A stretch of 63,999 nucleotides of DNA, the filler included, from Basidiobolus ranarum (taxonomy: Eukaryota), in assembly GCA_040143965.1 (NCBI GenBank). It is 7 parts of 7 records of this genome, joined end to end, with 100 filler letters (N's around TTAATTAATTAA, not from the genome) between each part and the next. Parts side by side here need not be neighbours in the genome. Positions count along the whole stretch, not along the records: positions 36,775 to 45,852 come from JASJQH010007751.1; positions 45,953 to 55,013 come from JASJQH010007752.1; 5 more parts are not named here. One strand, written 5' to 3'. Position numbers and translations under genes: made by a program. The number at the start of each line of letters is the position of its first letter. The stretch's first letter is position 1. Positions 40,389 to 54,622 of the stretch are shown piece after piece. The notes beneath the pieces are model-generated. The model was not told the origin of the DNA, made no database searches, and worked only from the letters and a program-made list of their open reading frames with translations.

Positions 40389-40873
40389 AAAATTCGTTAT
40401 ACTTTTCTCTATATCCAGTACGTATAAAGCCAACTCATTTAATAGGAAAATTAAATTCTTATGAATTTATTCGCAATGGATTCCAAACCATTCCCTCTTT
40501 CTTCACCAAATACTTTCACTCCAACGGCTAACTAGTGAGCAAGCGATATAATTGTACGCTAGCTAGTTATATTTTAGTTTCACGATATGGATGAAACAGA
40601 ACAGTGTCCTTATGACTGGTGATCATATGGGATGTTGTTTATGCTGAGATTTAATGACCTTATTTCGTTCAGCTATTGATTGATAAAGTAGTGCGATATA
40701 GTGTAGTGGTGACTGTACAAACTGGACAAGCTGGAATAAACCTTAAATGATTAAGATGTCGGACAGTAACAAACTTACGGAAGAATGTAGCAGCTAGGCA
40801 TTGATTTCCCGTAGGTTTCACTTTCTAACTGGTGGTAGAGAGAACTTGGAGAATCCAAGTCCCTACGAAGTTA

Positions 40874-42048
40874 CTAGAGGTAAAGCTCGTTTGCTGAGAT
40901 ATATTCAATTACACAGTTCGGTAGAAGGTAGTTGATGGACATCCCTCGTTTCACAAATAACCTAATCGGATGAAATATTAGTACATGTTTGTTATGTGGA
41001 TTAGCAAAAACATTACCTTATTTTGGTAGAGCTAATATCGTTGTGAATCAGTTGCTTTACCACTCGGACATTTTTCTATAATGGAGTGAAGTAGCATTAT
41101 ATCAGAATAAATCTCGATGATTATTTGGATTCGGTAGGTAGTGTGATCCTCTTACTTTGTATTGATTCAGCACATCGTGGGTGAGTAAAAAGTTGTAAAC
41201 GTCAGCTCCAGTTCGCTCAATAATCATACAGCCATATTTTCCAAGAATGTGATTAAGCTAGCATCAAAAACTCAATCAATCAACAAAATCAATTAACCCA
41301 AAAACCAGAAATGTTTACATCTTTTACTGCCCAACAGCCAGGGATTCCAAATGATTCGATCAGATCACCACCCGCAAGTAGCATAATTCGAATCTGCTTA
41401 ACTTCACCTAAATAAATCAATTAATTGTATGCACTTTGGAGATCATACTATGCACTATACCATTTGATAGCAGAACTCCTCCACCCTCTGATCCATTTAG
41501 CATCTGGTTGAAATGATCCAGTACTACCGCAGTTCTTTGATATTTCGAATTCATGGCTTCCCAAGTGTCTACCATTAGCCAATCTGAGGTCGAATCCACT
41601 GCCAATTCACACATACGTGTTCTATGCTTGGCTGGGGCCAACCCGACCTTTCCATAGTCATCGTTCACAGGAGAAAAATAGCCGCCGAGTATCTCGTATT
41701 TTCCTTCCTCCTCGACCTCGTCTTTAGCCATCTCTATTTCGGTTAAAAGAGCGTTTAAGTATTAAAGGTAACAAGTCGAGGAGAATTGTAAATATATCTT
41801 TACCAAACATACGCAAATGAAGGTAGGTTATGGGTGAGAAAGAGCCGCAAGCTATAAGTACTAAAGGGATCTTATTTTCGTCTAGATAAAGTGTTAAAGT
41901 AGAAGTGGTCAACAGGGATATTGCTAATTAGAATTCATAATGGGCATTCTAAAATACCCTTCAGTGTAGGCCTGAGCTTGTGTCTGGGGAACACATATCT
42001 CTGAGAAAGAACTTCGCCTATAGGTAACTTCACTGAATGACCCAACAT
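40874..42048 (-). CDS. NMA1: Nicotinamide/nicotinate mononucleotide adenylyltransferase, about 7 exons
   Basis: ACGSFSPITYLHLRMF, GGYFSPVNDDYGK, SDWLMVDTWE, MLLAGGDLIESF, NDISSTKIR and MSINYLLP. Confidence 0.96.
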
Positions 42049-44581
42049 GTCAGAAGTCCACGATTAGTTTGGTTGTGTTCTTAAGGATAGAGTAAGGCGA
42101 AAGGATGTCTGTTTGAATGCTAGCGAGATAAAGTAGGAAATTAAATGTTTGAAATCAGAAAAAAGGTGATACACCCAATAAATGATTAGTCAGTGTTCAA
42201 TCTATCAAAAAAGTCACTTTCCAACGAATAAATTACAATGAAGGCTATATATGAAATTTGTAAGAGCTCCACACGGGTAATTCAAGCAGTCACCGCCTCT
42301 TATTTATAAACCATGCGTACCTGTAAGGATGCTTCAGAACCGACGAACAGGCTTTGAGTTTCTTTAGCCAGCAACAATAATATCAGTATGCCGAATAATA
42401 TCCCATTGTTGGGTTTCTCAAGCAGTGTAAAGGCCGAAAACATCCATCATTGATTGATCCACCTCAGATGAGTCACTCCGCTTACTACAGTATTGTGGGA
42501 CAAATCTGACATTGTGCGAAGCAGTTAGATACCTGATCTGACTAACAGGATCCCATCAGTTCTTACATGTGGTTAGGAGATCATGCGTTTCTGTCCATAT
42601 GAAGCCTCATTATAAACCAGCCTGGCCCAGTTCTGATCCAATACAGGAGCATAGGAGCAAAGCATCGCATCAGTTCGCAAGTGAAGATCACCGAGAATTG
42701 TTGAATGATATTAAAATCTTGATCTGATTCTTTCAAGGCACACTACACCCCAAATCGAAAGATGCTCTCACAAAAATCTCAAGTGTGAACATCTGAATAC
42801 AGCTGTCGGTGTACTTTCTAATTTAGTTGGTTGAGTATTTCCAAATATACTCGCATCTTTTCTCACACGGGCCGGTCATCATCGCCCCAAGAGTATGCTA
42901 CTGTTCGAGTTGTGATTGAGTGTTCGATTGCTAATTATGCATTACGATATATGATATACACCACACAAAACTACGTCTCAGATGCTTTGGCGAATACCCT
43001 TGCACTAGTAACTCAGTTAACATGGAACTTGGGTGATGGCAAATATCGCCGATTTACCATCATGTCCCTAGCATACTTGAAGAATGTGGGATGTGCTTGT
43101 TTATAATGGAGGAGGCTATATAATCTAGATAAGGTCAAATACTTGTTTAACGGTCCGCGCTGGGACTGGAGGTAATTCTTAATAATGGCCTGCTTTCACC
43201 TCACTTTTAGGATTACAGGAATTATCTCTAAAATGGAAGACATCATCGCGTCTAAGGTAAGCCAGGAGTTAACAAATGACTACACTAGACACATCCTTTT
43301 GGTCAAGTAATATCTTGACGGTTGGAATGACCATATATTAGACGCCAGCATTGAGAGCATGATCCATGCCGTGCTCATATGCCAGTACAGTAATGCTGTC
43401 ACAATTTGTCAGTCATTTTGGGGACCAAGTTTATACGAGCTTTTTTACTGAAGATTCTTCAAGTCCTAACATGAGGTAGAATGTCAGTGACTGTATGGAG
43501 GATGAGATTTCGACAATATCAATACTATCAAACACCTATCGTAAAGCATAGCCGCAGTAATAAGAGATTAATGGTGTTAATCTAGAGGCACGCTTCATAA
43601 AGTGCATTTGAAACTTATAAGCATCAGATAGGAGCTACCAATCCATCCTACCAAGAATCCCATATCTGATCAACTGGCTGATAACTTCAATGGTTGCATA
43701 CAAGGTGTGACGCAATATTTCAAACATAAATCGAATACATAGCACATTTAGGTATAAGGAGGTGTTAGAGAGGGAGAACAAATATCGTTGCACACAACAA
43801 CATTCATGCACCTTTTTCATACCCTCTCATCTTTACAGAGTGCATTGTAGTCGGCACTTTTGAAATGCTTTCTTATACATAAGGCATTACATTTCAAATA
43901 ATGGTTTTCATCTAACGCCACAATGCAGTCATTCCATTCAATGACTCTGAATGATTATTAAAGCACTAATGTTGACTGGATTGCAGATCTTTCCATGTAA
44001 TGCTTACACAACTATTTATTACTGCCATGATTTCTATTATTATTATCCATTCAGTAGAATAAATGTCTTGAACGCCTGTATATTCGCGATGCTCACCACA
44101 ACTGACTACAATTCACCCATCTTCACTACCAATTCAAAGTATACTGATACTACTAGTAAAAGAAACATTTCGATTCACTAGAGAATAGATGCCAAGTTCC
44201 CATTATCATATGCTTAGAGCTAGGTTATTTCGTTTGATTTATGAGTTAGCATTTAGCATAAAACCTAGTAGTATCATGGATTGTGATCACTTCACGCCAA
44301 AAGGTTTCCCATAGAGATAACGTACCAAGGATCAATTCGAAACTTCTCAATATTTACGAAGATTTTCAACAAAAATAAGCCTGTTCTGAGGATTGTATTC
44401 ATGCAGAGATATGGTAGGTATGGATGGATAGGACAAATGATAAAACGGTGAGGATGCTATATGTGGATTGCTTCGGCAATGCGTAGATCGTTGGTAAATC
44501 AAGTGATAGAAGAGTCGAGGTACAAGATAGGTGGTTTCGGAGTATTGGTTGGAAAAGTTGTCGAACCATACATTAAACTAT

Positions 44582-45243
44582 TTACAGTACGGCCAAGCCT
44601 CTGTTATCAGAAAAAAGGCGGCTTAAAACCAGCTCGAAACCTTGTCTTCCGATGGTGGCGTGGTCTCGGAATCTATTTAGGCAAAACTCCTCAACATAAC
44701 CTGAAACTCGAGATAGCGCACCCAAAGCGTTGAATTGAGCTGTTTGAACAAAAGAAGTTTTGGAAGGATCAGATAGCTCTGGTCGATATACTACTTTTTC
44801 TTCAATGGCCAACAAGTTGCTATAGGTGATATTCTTAGTTGTAACAGTAAAAGTCATTGTTTTGGGGTCAACTTCGATAATTTCGTGTGCGTAGGAAATC
44901 TGATCCCCACCCAGAAGCTACATAATAACTCTTTTAATAAGATAGACAAAAAATAACGGAAATATAAACAGTTACGTACTTTTCTCATAATTGTGGGTGT
45001 ACTCTGCTTGGCTGCCACCAGCCGTTCAGTGCACAACACTCCAGTTTCTGGGTTTATCTTGACACCAATGATATCCACATGAAGTATATGAGGTGCATTC
45101 TCGTTGGGATATTTTCGCCACCAACCGGAAGAGACTTGAGCCCAGCTATGTCTACGGTGATAGTAAGTATTTAAAGAAATCACTTGGAGATAAGTATGAT
45201 TGAGGCTTTACCCGAACGTATGGCTTGTTTCATAGAATTTCAT
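44582..45243 (-). CDS. UPS2: PRELI/MSF1-domain mitochondrial lipid-transfer protein (Ups2/PRELID3-like), 3 exons
   Basis: MKFYETSHTF, WWRKYPNENAPHILHVD, GVLCTERL, EEKVVYRP, TSFVQTA and GRQGFELVL. Confidence 0.85.
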
Positions 45244-46223
45244 TGGAGATACAAAGTGAAGCTACCGCTGAGAAATGACTGCAAATAGGAGATGGCAAGC
45301 TGAAACGGTAAAACGAAGCAAACCCAAGACTCTTACAAATATCACCCGTCGTTTCCAAGAGAGCAGGCTGTCTAAATAAATAACAATATGCCAGTTTTGG
45401 TCCCAATCAATCGGAGAATCTATTGGGGGAGAATAGGGCACTCATTAAACTCATTACCTCTCTCAGATCACCCCACCTCTTTTTCGGAAGTTATATCTAC
45501 ATAATAGATATAACTTATGGCTGATGCCAAAATCTTGGAAATTATCTCGAATCGTTTCAATACCCATAGAATTCCCGAGGGAAAAAGTGAAAAAAGAAGA
45601 GTAATGGGCGCTTCCATTGGTAAAGAATGAGGAATCAAGAAGACAGCACCTATCTAGAAACTCAGTTGCGGGAAACTGGATCTAGTAGTGTTGTACACAA
45701 GTCAATAACTGCCCCAAAAAGTCAATTAGGAGTAACAGTTGCCCCAATATACCATGCGTTAAGTTCAGAGTTCAATGCTGTACCATTGTACCGCCGTCTC
45801 ATCGATAAGTTCTACCGTGCCTACAGAAGCTCTAATTGGTCGAGTTTAATTTNNNNNNNNNNNNNNNNNNNNNNNNNNNNNNNNNNNNNNNNNNNNTTAA
45901 TTAATTAANNNNNNNNNNNNNNNNNNNNNNNNNNNNNNNNNNNNNNNNNNNNGGATGAGGCCAAGCAAAACGCGAAAAAAAAGTATGCACCACAAGGTCA
46001 AGACTACCTAGTAACCCACCAGGGGACTTTTGAACTGAACATGTTAGGGCTTGGAAAGCGTTACCCAAATAGACCAAGTGGTAAACATCTTGGCAAAATA
46101 ATGAACAAGATGGTGAAATTCATTTACATAAAAAAAATTTAAAATATATATCGATGGAGTACCCTCATACTTGCTATAAACCAAAATATCTTCAGACTGT
46201 CTGGGACTACCTAGAATAGCAGC

Positions 46224-48567
46224 TCAAGGTCGCTCCTTTTCCGCCTCCATGTTCTCATCATAATATTGATCCATCAACAATCCTGCTTGATGCTTCAAGT
46301 CTGCATCATCGACTAATGAGACTGATTCCAAAGCATCAATGCCGTTAAACTGGTCTAAGAGAGCTTTCCCATTAGGTACCTCCCTTAGAATATGATCTAC
46401 ATAATGTAAACCAAGGCGGATTGTTTCTGGATCCTGGGTTCGAACAAAGTCCAAGAACCCTAAATTGGTATCATTTAAATCATTTGTTTCTGATAAGGTA
46501 TACAAAGTGGAGGTGGAAATAAGTTACGTGGTAAGAGATCTTCATGCGGAAGTAAATCCAAATATTTTTGTCCATGAGAGGCAATATTCACGATGCTATA
46601 AGCGGCCTAACATGACATATAAGTATGGTGGATGAGGTAAGAGTGTCTATAGTAATTTCACTTACTTCTTTCCTGATATCAAAGTTGCTGTGTGTTGCTA
46701 TTTCTAACAAATATGGTAAGTACCCATTCTCTAACACGGCGTTTACATGCTCAATTGTTCTACAGACAAGAAATGAGTAAGATACGACTCTTGAAACGAT
46801 ACAGATATTCATTTAGATAGATCTAACCCAGCAGTAATATTGGATAAGACCCAGAGACTTTCTTTTTTTATGGCCCTAGAAGAAGTTCAAGTCAGTTACC
46901 ATGTTGAGGGTAACTCCATAATGCAAGTCTCAAACCTGAGTTCCGATTTGATGTAAGGGATTAGGTTTTGAAGAAATGCTGGTTGTTGCATCAAAGTATC
47001 TGCATGCCAGTCAGTACAACTGGCAATATTGCCAACCGTTCGAATAAGAGGAATCGCTAGAGATCCTTTATCAGCCATTATGGGCATATGTTTGACCTAG
47101 AGAAGATTTTGGATTAGCTGTTGTTTGAGATATACTCCAATATGCAAGGATTGTGTTTGATTACCAAGAGTGGAGCAAGTCCGTCTTTAAGGAGAGCTGA
47201 GCTGTAAAGCTCATTTCCACATGTCAAGTAGGTCAAGACCCATGTAACTTCAGATATTTCCTCGGGGACCTAATAAAAGTGTGGCAAGTGAGTTAATTTA
47301 AGTTATCTCATAACTTTCAATGTAAACCAGATCACCACATACATTATCTCGGTCAAGAAGCTGTAAAAGAAGTTTTGAGATTCCAGCGCCGAAAAATTCC
47401 TCGAAACGAGTATGGTTACGTGCTAAACTTGAAAGGGCAAAACAGACTGTCTGTACTAAACTGGGATTCTATCATATGTATGTTAAAATGGCTCACTTTC
47501 ATTAATATAGTGAATTATACGAACATCCGATTGTAACAACTTGACAAGAGGAGTTATGGCACCGTTGGCCGTTAGCCTCTCGCGAAATTCGGCGCCTTCA
47601 ACAGCAATATTACCAAGAGCCCAGGCAGCTTGCTCTTGCAGTTGCTTTTAATGCAAGAGAAGAGAATGTAAATATTCAATTCTTTAGTTACAAGTAAATA
47701 ATAGCGTACCGAATTAGGCTCTTCCAGAGATGATATCAAATATGGAACCGTAGAAAGAACCTTAGAACAAAGTTCAGGAGTTCCAGCTGCGATGTCTAAT
47801 GTTACAGGGGTGATCAGGCTATAGTTCAATCTCACGTGTGAAAAAGAAAATGCGGATATTTACTAGTGATACACCAGGTGGCTTGGAATCTCTCGTCAAA
47901 GTCAGTGCTTGTCAAAAATTTCTAATGTTATACAATAATTAGAACTACTTGTTGACATCAATTGCAGCGCGAAAAGATGTCAAGCTTAATGTAAAATTTT
48001 AACAACCGATAGCAAGTCAACAGCACCACCTTCCAAAACGAAATCGTTCAGGGCCTCGGAGGGGTCTACTAAAAAGTTACTAAGCTCCTTCAGTGCTTCA
48101 ACGCGAACCCCGCGGACAGAGCTCTGTAGAGATAGTCAGTATGATAGAATTCCACCAAGTTTAAAATGATGTAAGTAAATAATACATTGAGTTGTTCTCG
48201 AAGCTTTTCTAACTCTTTCGTAGTTAAATCGTACTCGGCCTCTATAACCCAGTTAAATTTGATTGGTATATATTTTATAAAAAGGTGTTTCAGCAGTGAA
48301 AAATAGCGTACCACCACGATCACTCAAAGGTGTATCTTCACGATGACGGAAGCGTTTTCCCATAACCAATTGTTCACGACGTAACTTTCTCGATTGTGAA
48401 TCTTGAGCTATTCTCTTAGCCTTGGCTGCGGCAGAAGATCTGGGGATTGTGGTGGCTTTATAATATTCCTTGTGTCTCGAAGGTGAGGTACTTTTCCCAT
48501 TGTCGGTACTAGTCCTTCTTTCGATACTAGCTCGTCTATTCTGCAAGCTGTTTCTTCTATTCTCCAT
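46224..48567 (-). CDS. Atypical importin-alpha-like ARM-repeat protein (TMCO6/IMPA9-like), many exons
   Basis: IBB-like SRKLRREQLVMGKRFR. ARM repeats QATWCITNIAAG, EQAAWALGNIA, PLIRTVGNIAS, ESLWVLSNITA and FDIRKEA; ends GIDALES. Confidence 0.85.
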
Positions 48568-49479
48568 GTTTATCTTGTGACCAGGGGGTTGGCTTAATTG
48601 TTACTTGAAGTGAGATAAATTTCAAGGTAAAATCACGATTTATATGGCTCACTTTGAATGCCACACTTTAAGGTCAAGGAAAGAGTCACGACTCTCATTT
48701 GATTGGATGTTTGTAAGTCCCATCTCGCCCATAACAGGCATCCACTTGGTATAATTTCTGAATCCCGTTGTATATTTAGGTCCATGAACACAATAGATTA
48801 TAAATATGCTCCCTAAAATTTGGAATTCGTGGAACAAATCATATCAGTATAAACTGAATTGTTGCTCAGATGATCTGTACTCGTGCCGTCTCAATAACGA
48901 TATCCCATGGCCTAGAATGACGCAAGTCTATTAGATGATCCGTGGATTAAATAATACGATTCAAAAGTAGGTGAATTGGAGACCAATGCATTCCAAAGTT
49001 ATACGTGTGTAATTTACCCAAAATTCAAGAAACGTCCGTTTTGAACCAGGTGTTTACAGTCTAGACTCTTAGGAGAATCACTGCTTACATCTGGTTACAT
49101 TGATCTAGGTAAAGATAGCATTCCGCCTTTCTAGATTTGACACACATTTGGTGTGTTATAGATCAACAACACTAGTCTAATTAAGTTGGCTGGTTTTGGA
49201 TCAAATAATGATAAAATTGTTCTTAATTATTAAATATGTTGAAGGGGTGATATATCTGGAGTACTTCGGACTAGTATTTTGAAGAGATCTTATTTACAGA
49301 ATGGTAAAAATGAACAAGAGTGGCATCCGATGGTTTGTAGTAGAATAGGTGGATACGTATTATTAAACTCGGATGGACAAAGGCGAACGGACGGAGGGAT
49401 TGAAGGATGGTGAACTTGTATTAGTGGGCCAATGTAGAGATTATTGATTTCGATAGCCAAGAGACTTTTTCTAGAAGGA

Positions 49480-52400
49480 TCATGCTTCCTCGTTGTTGGT
49501 TTTCCGTCTGGTGGTAGGTGTTTCCTGAACAACGCGTTTTGTAAAAGCTTCTGTCTTCTTGAATGCTTGTATTTCCTGCTCAACTTGGTCTCTCATCTCC
49601 ATCGCCATGTTGTAAACTTCCGAGTCAGTTTTATTGTACATCAGCGCGTTCTGAAACATCAATAGAATATCCCGATGAAATTCGTCTGTAGTTGTGATAA
49701 CGCCTTCTCGAATCCGCTGTTTGATGGATTTCAAGTCCATTGGCCGTTTTATAACATCGTAATACCCCGGTGCGGCTTGCTCTTTGATCGGATGCATGAA
49801 AACAGCACCAAACCTATGATTCGCAATTTCTCGCCATATCATGGAAATTAACTTCTTCCAACTCTGGTGCTTTTTATCCTCTGTTGTAGGTGAGGAAGCC
49901 TCTTTTTTTTCGAAGTAAGCTCCACTGTCGGAAGTTTCGGCATCTGATACCTCATAGCCATCATTCTCATCCTCCGACTCGTGGTTTTTTGGCTTTCCTA
50001 TACTATACTTACGAGAATGTCGCACAGGTGTGCTCTTCGTTAAATCCTCATCTTCAAGTTTAACTTTTTTCTCAACAGACCCATCTTGAGACTCTTCAAG
50101 AGTTGGTTTTGGATCCGAGTCTCGAGGTCGTTTACGACTAACCGACGATGATGGTGAAGGTGATTTGATATCTTTAGGCCTATCTACAGTAGTTAAACTG
50201 ACATCTTCAGAAGCCTCCTGTTTTATTTCGTTGACTTCCAAAATAGTCTTTTCTTGAAAGACTTCTGTTTTTACTTCAACTGGTACTATTTCCGGATTGG
50301 CAACTGAATCTTCACATGACGAATTATTCTCTTTCGTCTGAGTAGCAGGATCAGATTCTACAGTACTCGAGAAAGATTCTTCTGCGGGAGATTGCTCTTT
50401 CACATGTTCTTCTGATACATCTTCAGGGTCAACTTCGCTATCCTCGTTAGGTATCCCGGGCGTCTCTTCATTTACAACTATGTCAGACAGTTGATCGTCA
50501 ATCATTTCTGAAGTGGCCTCCACATCCAATTTCTCATCTATAGGCGATGGCTCAACAGGTTGACCATGTGCTTCTGATTCTATCATAGGAACTGCCTCTT
50601 CATCTTCATTTCGTAAAGTTTCCTGTTCGGTACGAGTTTCTGTAATTTCTGGTGGAGAACTGTAACTTTCTTTAGTATAATCTATAACCGAGACAGCCTC
50701 ATCTGTTGCTCCAGTTTGGTCTGTTTCTATCGGAGAAACTGGCTTACTCTGAAGTTTAGCTTCCAACTGGTCCGATTTTTCGAAAGTATTGGTATCTTCA
50801 TTTTCAGAGGGTTCATGTAGAGTTGTTTCTACGTTTGCATCAAATGAATTTCCCTTGTCCTCCTGCTTTTTATGCTCAACTGTACTCGTCTCCTCATCTA
50901 CGTTCGCATTTTCCGGATGTGATTCATCTTTTGCACCTTCATATAGAGTAGGTATATCTTCGAGTAGACTAGATTCCATGTCCGGTAATGTTTCTTCTGC
51001 TAAGGTCGGTGTGGAGATATCTGTTGGCTTGGCGATCTTTTCAAAAGAATGATTGTGAATTGGAGTGATGGAATCGGTACCCTCCAATTGAGATGCATCA
51101 AGCTCTGGTTGGGATGAAGGATCGTCAATAATTTCCTTTGTCTCAGGACTAAGGTCGCTTTGTTCTTGAATAGCCTCTGTCAGACTGGAATAATGAGGAG
51201 ATGTATCGAAGTTGGATGCTTGTTCCACTTGATTAGTCTCAGGTACATTAGATCTTTCTAGACTATTGACTTCGACACTTGAATCCAGGATAGAAGGCGC
51301 TTCAATTTCCGCATGGTATATAGGAGAATTGATTGTTCGAGTTTCTACGTTGGCCAATTCCTTGTTTGCATCCAGAGTATGGAGAGTTCCCTGGTCCAGG
51401 CCAACTATATCCATACTATCCTTATTACCTTCACTATTTAACACGACGTCTTGATCGGTGGTGGTTTCTTCAATTGGGTTGTCATCCTCACTTTTGGTGA
51501 GGAACTCCTGTTCAGTCGTTCTCTCTATATGTGCTTTTGCACTATCCACGATGTTATCAGCATTTGTGCCAACTTCGGCAGATTCAAGAGAAGCATGATC
51601 GTTCGTAGGTTCCGTATTGGGAGTAGATTCTATTTCATTGGGGCTTTGAGTGTCTGGGAGTCCAGTAGTATCTGGAACAGTTTCCTGAAGGGATTTTTTA
51701 GGGGATTTTACGCTCACAGCTTCTGAATAATCTTCAGATACGATTGATACGGTATCAGCCGGCAAATTGCTGTCCGGCGGTGACTGATCAACTAGGGCTT
51801 TAGAATCCTCTGGAGATTTGAATTCTGTTTGATCTACTACTGATGATACATTAGGTAACTCATCGAATTTCGGTTTTTTGGCCATGCTGTGAACGTCATG
51901 AAGGTCTTCTCTAGAGCGTTTGGATGATAAAGCAAAAGCAAGAACGCCCTCACTCGCAGATTCTTCTGGTAGATTCTCTACACTAGAGTGACTTACCAAA
52001 CTATCATCTGGCATTATATGGGTGTGGGGAGATTTCTTAGGAGATATATGGATGGAACTATCATTCAATGTAATATCTTGATCCAGTGAGGATGGCAAAG
52101 CAATGATACTATCTTCATCACTTGCTAATTTGATTTCTTCGGATGTTGATCCTACCATTTCCTTAGTGGCAAGAGTTTGAACAAAGTCTGAACTATCCTT
52201 CTGGTCTGAAGGTAATGTGGGCACAATCCTTTCGTCTACCTGCTCTTCCATCGAATCCTTTTTGGGAGAACCTATCTTAGCTATCTGTTCTTCCGACTCG
52301 ACAGCTTGAGTAGATTGTGGTTCCTCTTTGATAGGAATAGTCTCTTTTGGCCCGTCGAAAGGAATCAAAGTATCACCCAAAGCTTCGTTTAGTGCCTCCA

Positions 52401-54146
52401 CCTCCGCTGGCTCATCAACTTGAACCACTGATTTCTCAGGCTCTTCAATAAAAGTGTCTTGACGCCCCTCTACTACCTCATCCATGACCTCTTTTGGAGT
52501 TTGTTCATCAGAAGCATGACTCGCATCTTGAGTAATTTCTAATGATGTTTGATCTGGGGTATTGGTAGTTGCTAGCTTGGTTGTATGGATACCCTCCCCT
52601 TCTGATTCGTCCAAAGGCGTAATATCCTCTGATATCATTAGGTCTTCTTTCAAAATTGCATCACTCGGCTTATCAAGTTCATCTTCACCTATTTGATCCC
52701 GTTTCGATGTTTCCAACACTTCATTTGATACGAGAGCATTATGTGAGTGAGAATCCGATGTCTCCGCCAAATTGACATCAGAATGTATGGGATTGGAAAC
52801 TCCAGTAGCAGCCACATCTTGCGGAGGATTGGTTCCTAGCTCGGTTAAATCTTGATCTTTCATGATCGGATTATTTTTTTCCACACTTGCCAATTTCTCT
52901 GAGTCTAGTTCGGGGAGCAGGGTCAACTCATTATCAACATTATCTTCAAGATTTGATAGTGGATTTTTCTTCAATTCGATAGAGTCTGTGGCCTCTTTAA
53001 TGTCACCTTCAGTTGGCTTATCCATCTCTGATAGTGGACTCTTCGATACATATGCAGACTCAGCAGTTGCTACATCTACGGATATTTGGTGAGGTAACAT
53101 AGTATCGTTATTTACGTCTGTAATTGGGAGTAAACTTTTAGGAGTATCAGGTGCCGATACTACGTCTTCTTGCAACACTACTTCATCGGATTTGATGACT
53201 TCTTTCAGGTCATTAGGTTTTGATTCTAACTCGCTTTTTGGTTCTGAAATTTGTTTGATATCGGGAGATGCTTCCATCATATTGGTGGATAAAGTTGACT
53301 CATCCAACTGGAGAGTTTGCTTTACCGTAGTAGACCCAAGTTGGTTTTCAAGGGGAGGTGTAGATATTTCCGAAGTAGCTACTAGTTTGGTAGGATTATT
53401 CGTTTGATCAATTTGTCCCGATTCTGAACGATGTTCGTCGAGATTTCTCTTAAATCCTTTATACTTGTCTAACAGCTGCTTATCCCATTTTCCGGTTCGA
53501 ATATCTTCTACTTCCCTCTTCAAATGACTAAAAATTAAATTAATATGAGTTCCATATCTAAGTTAATGCTTAGACAAAGCATAAAAACGCTTACTGATAT
53601 TTTTCAACATCCACTTTCAAAGCAATCTTGAGCTCTTTGATTCGTTCCATATATAATTCCCTGGCAAGTTTCAGCACAGGTGGCATTTCTATATTCGCGT
53701 CTAGAATGCGTTGAGTAAAGTATACAAAAATATTATTTAGTGAGGTAATTACGTACCTGAATTATTGAGGATGAGCTGCTTTCTACTATGTTTAAGAAAT
53801 TAGCCTTCAAGTACGATCGTTATCTGAGAGCAGTAAGATAGGTTACCTTTTATCCTCCAAATCTTTTATAAGTGAAGCGTATTGAAGAGCGCAGCTCTAG
53901 TAGAATATAGAATAGGTTTGAGGTAAACAACATGAACAATAATAAGGTGACATAAAGTATTCAATAAAAAACAGAAATCCGCGTTACGTTTGGGGTAAAA
54001 AAATCGACAGATCGGGAAGCTGAACGGTGAAGATTTAGTGTTCTAGCGATGGCTAACCAGTTACCATCCCCATATTTGTACACTGATTGGGCCAGCAATA
54101 GTTTTTCTAAAACGGTCCAATTTGAATTTATTTTTGAACCGTCCAT
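49480..54146 (-). CDS. BRD8/Bdc1-like bromodomain protein (NuA4/TIP60-type subunit) with a very long acidic linker
   Basis: N-terminal SANT-like WTVLEKLLLAQSVYKYGDGNWLAIARTL and coiled coil ending EDIRTGKWD. C-terminal bromodomain IANHRFGAVFMHPI...PGYYDVIKRPMDL...LMFQNALMYN. Confidence 0.88.
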
Positions 54147-54432
54147 GTACGCATTATCCACCTTGCGAAAGATGTACAAGTACTATTTTGTGACCAAAAT
54201 AAATAAGGTAGACTTGCACTACTAAGAACTGAACAGTTTCTTCTCAAAAATGTATCTAGAGTACTACGATCCTTTGAAAACAACTTTGTAAATTATTTTC
54301 TTGATCCATGAAAACTTTGCTAAAATTTGGTGACGTATTGGAGGGAGGATTCAATTTTGGAAATTTAGTAATAACCCCTGCTAACTCAATATAGATTATA
54401 TTTTGTTACATATTGTATAAAATATTTCAGAA

Positions 54433-54523
54433 ACTAAATGTCGCAGTTAAAAGAGATGATTGGATGAGGGTTCATAGTATTAAACAATCCTATTGTGGAA
54501 CAGCTTGAATAGGCGGACTTAGT
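54433..54523 (-). ncRNA. Candidate omegaRNA-like structured 3' end of the Fanzor-like element
   Basis: 91 nt closed by an ACTAA-GTC-c-GC / GC-GAC-at-TTAGT stem, with nested GATTG/CAATC and ATGA-accc-TCAT hairpins. It lies downstream of the fragment on the same strand. Confidence 0.45.
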
Positions 54524-54622
54524 ATTAAATATTCTAGAATCGTGATGATGGTGATTCATGCTTTTTTTCTTTACAAATGTATCATCGCATTGATGAGGTT
54601 TTGGTTTTTTTCGTTGCGTGAA

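Noticed and set aside
42370-44180. Coding-like decayed sequence between NMNAT and UPS2
   Set aside because: Stop-riddled in all frames with no recognisable family; possibly an old pseudogene or TE but unsupported.
50789-53407. Plus-strand ORFs inside the BRD8-like exon (likewise 55748-56170, 17025-17847, 22638-23024)
   Set aside because: Antisense shadows of real coding sequence.
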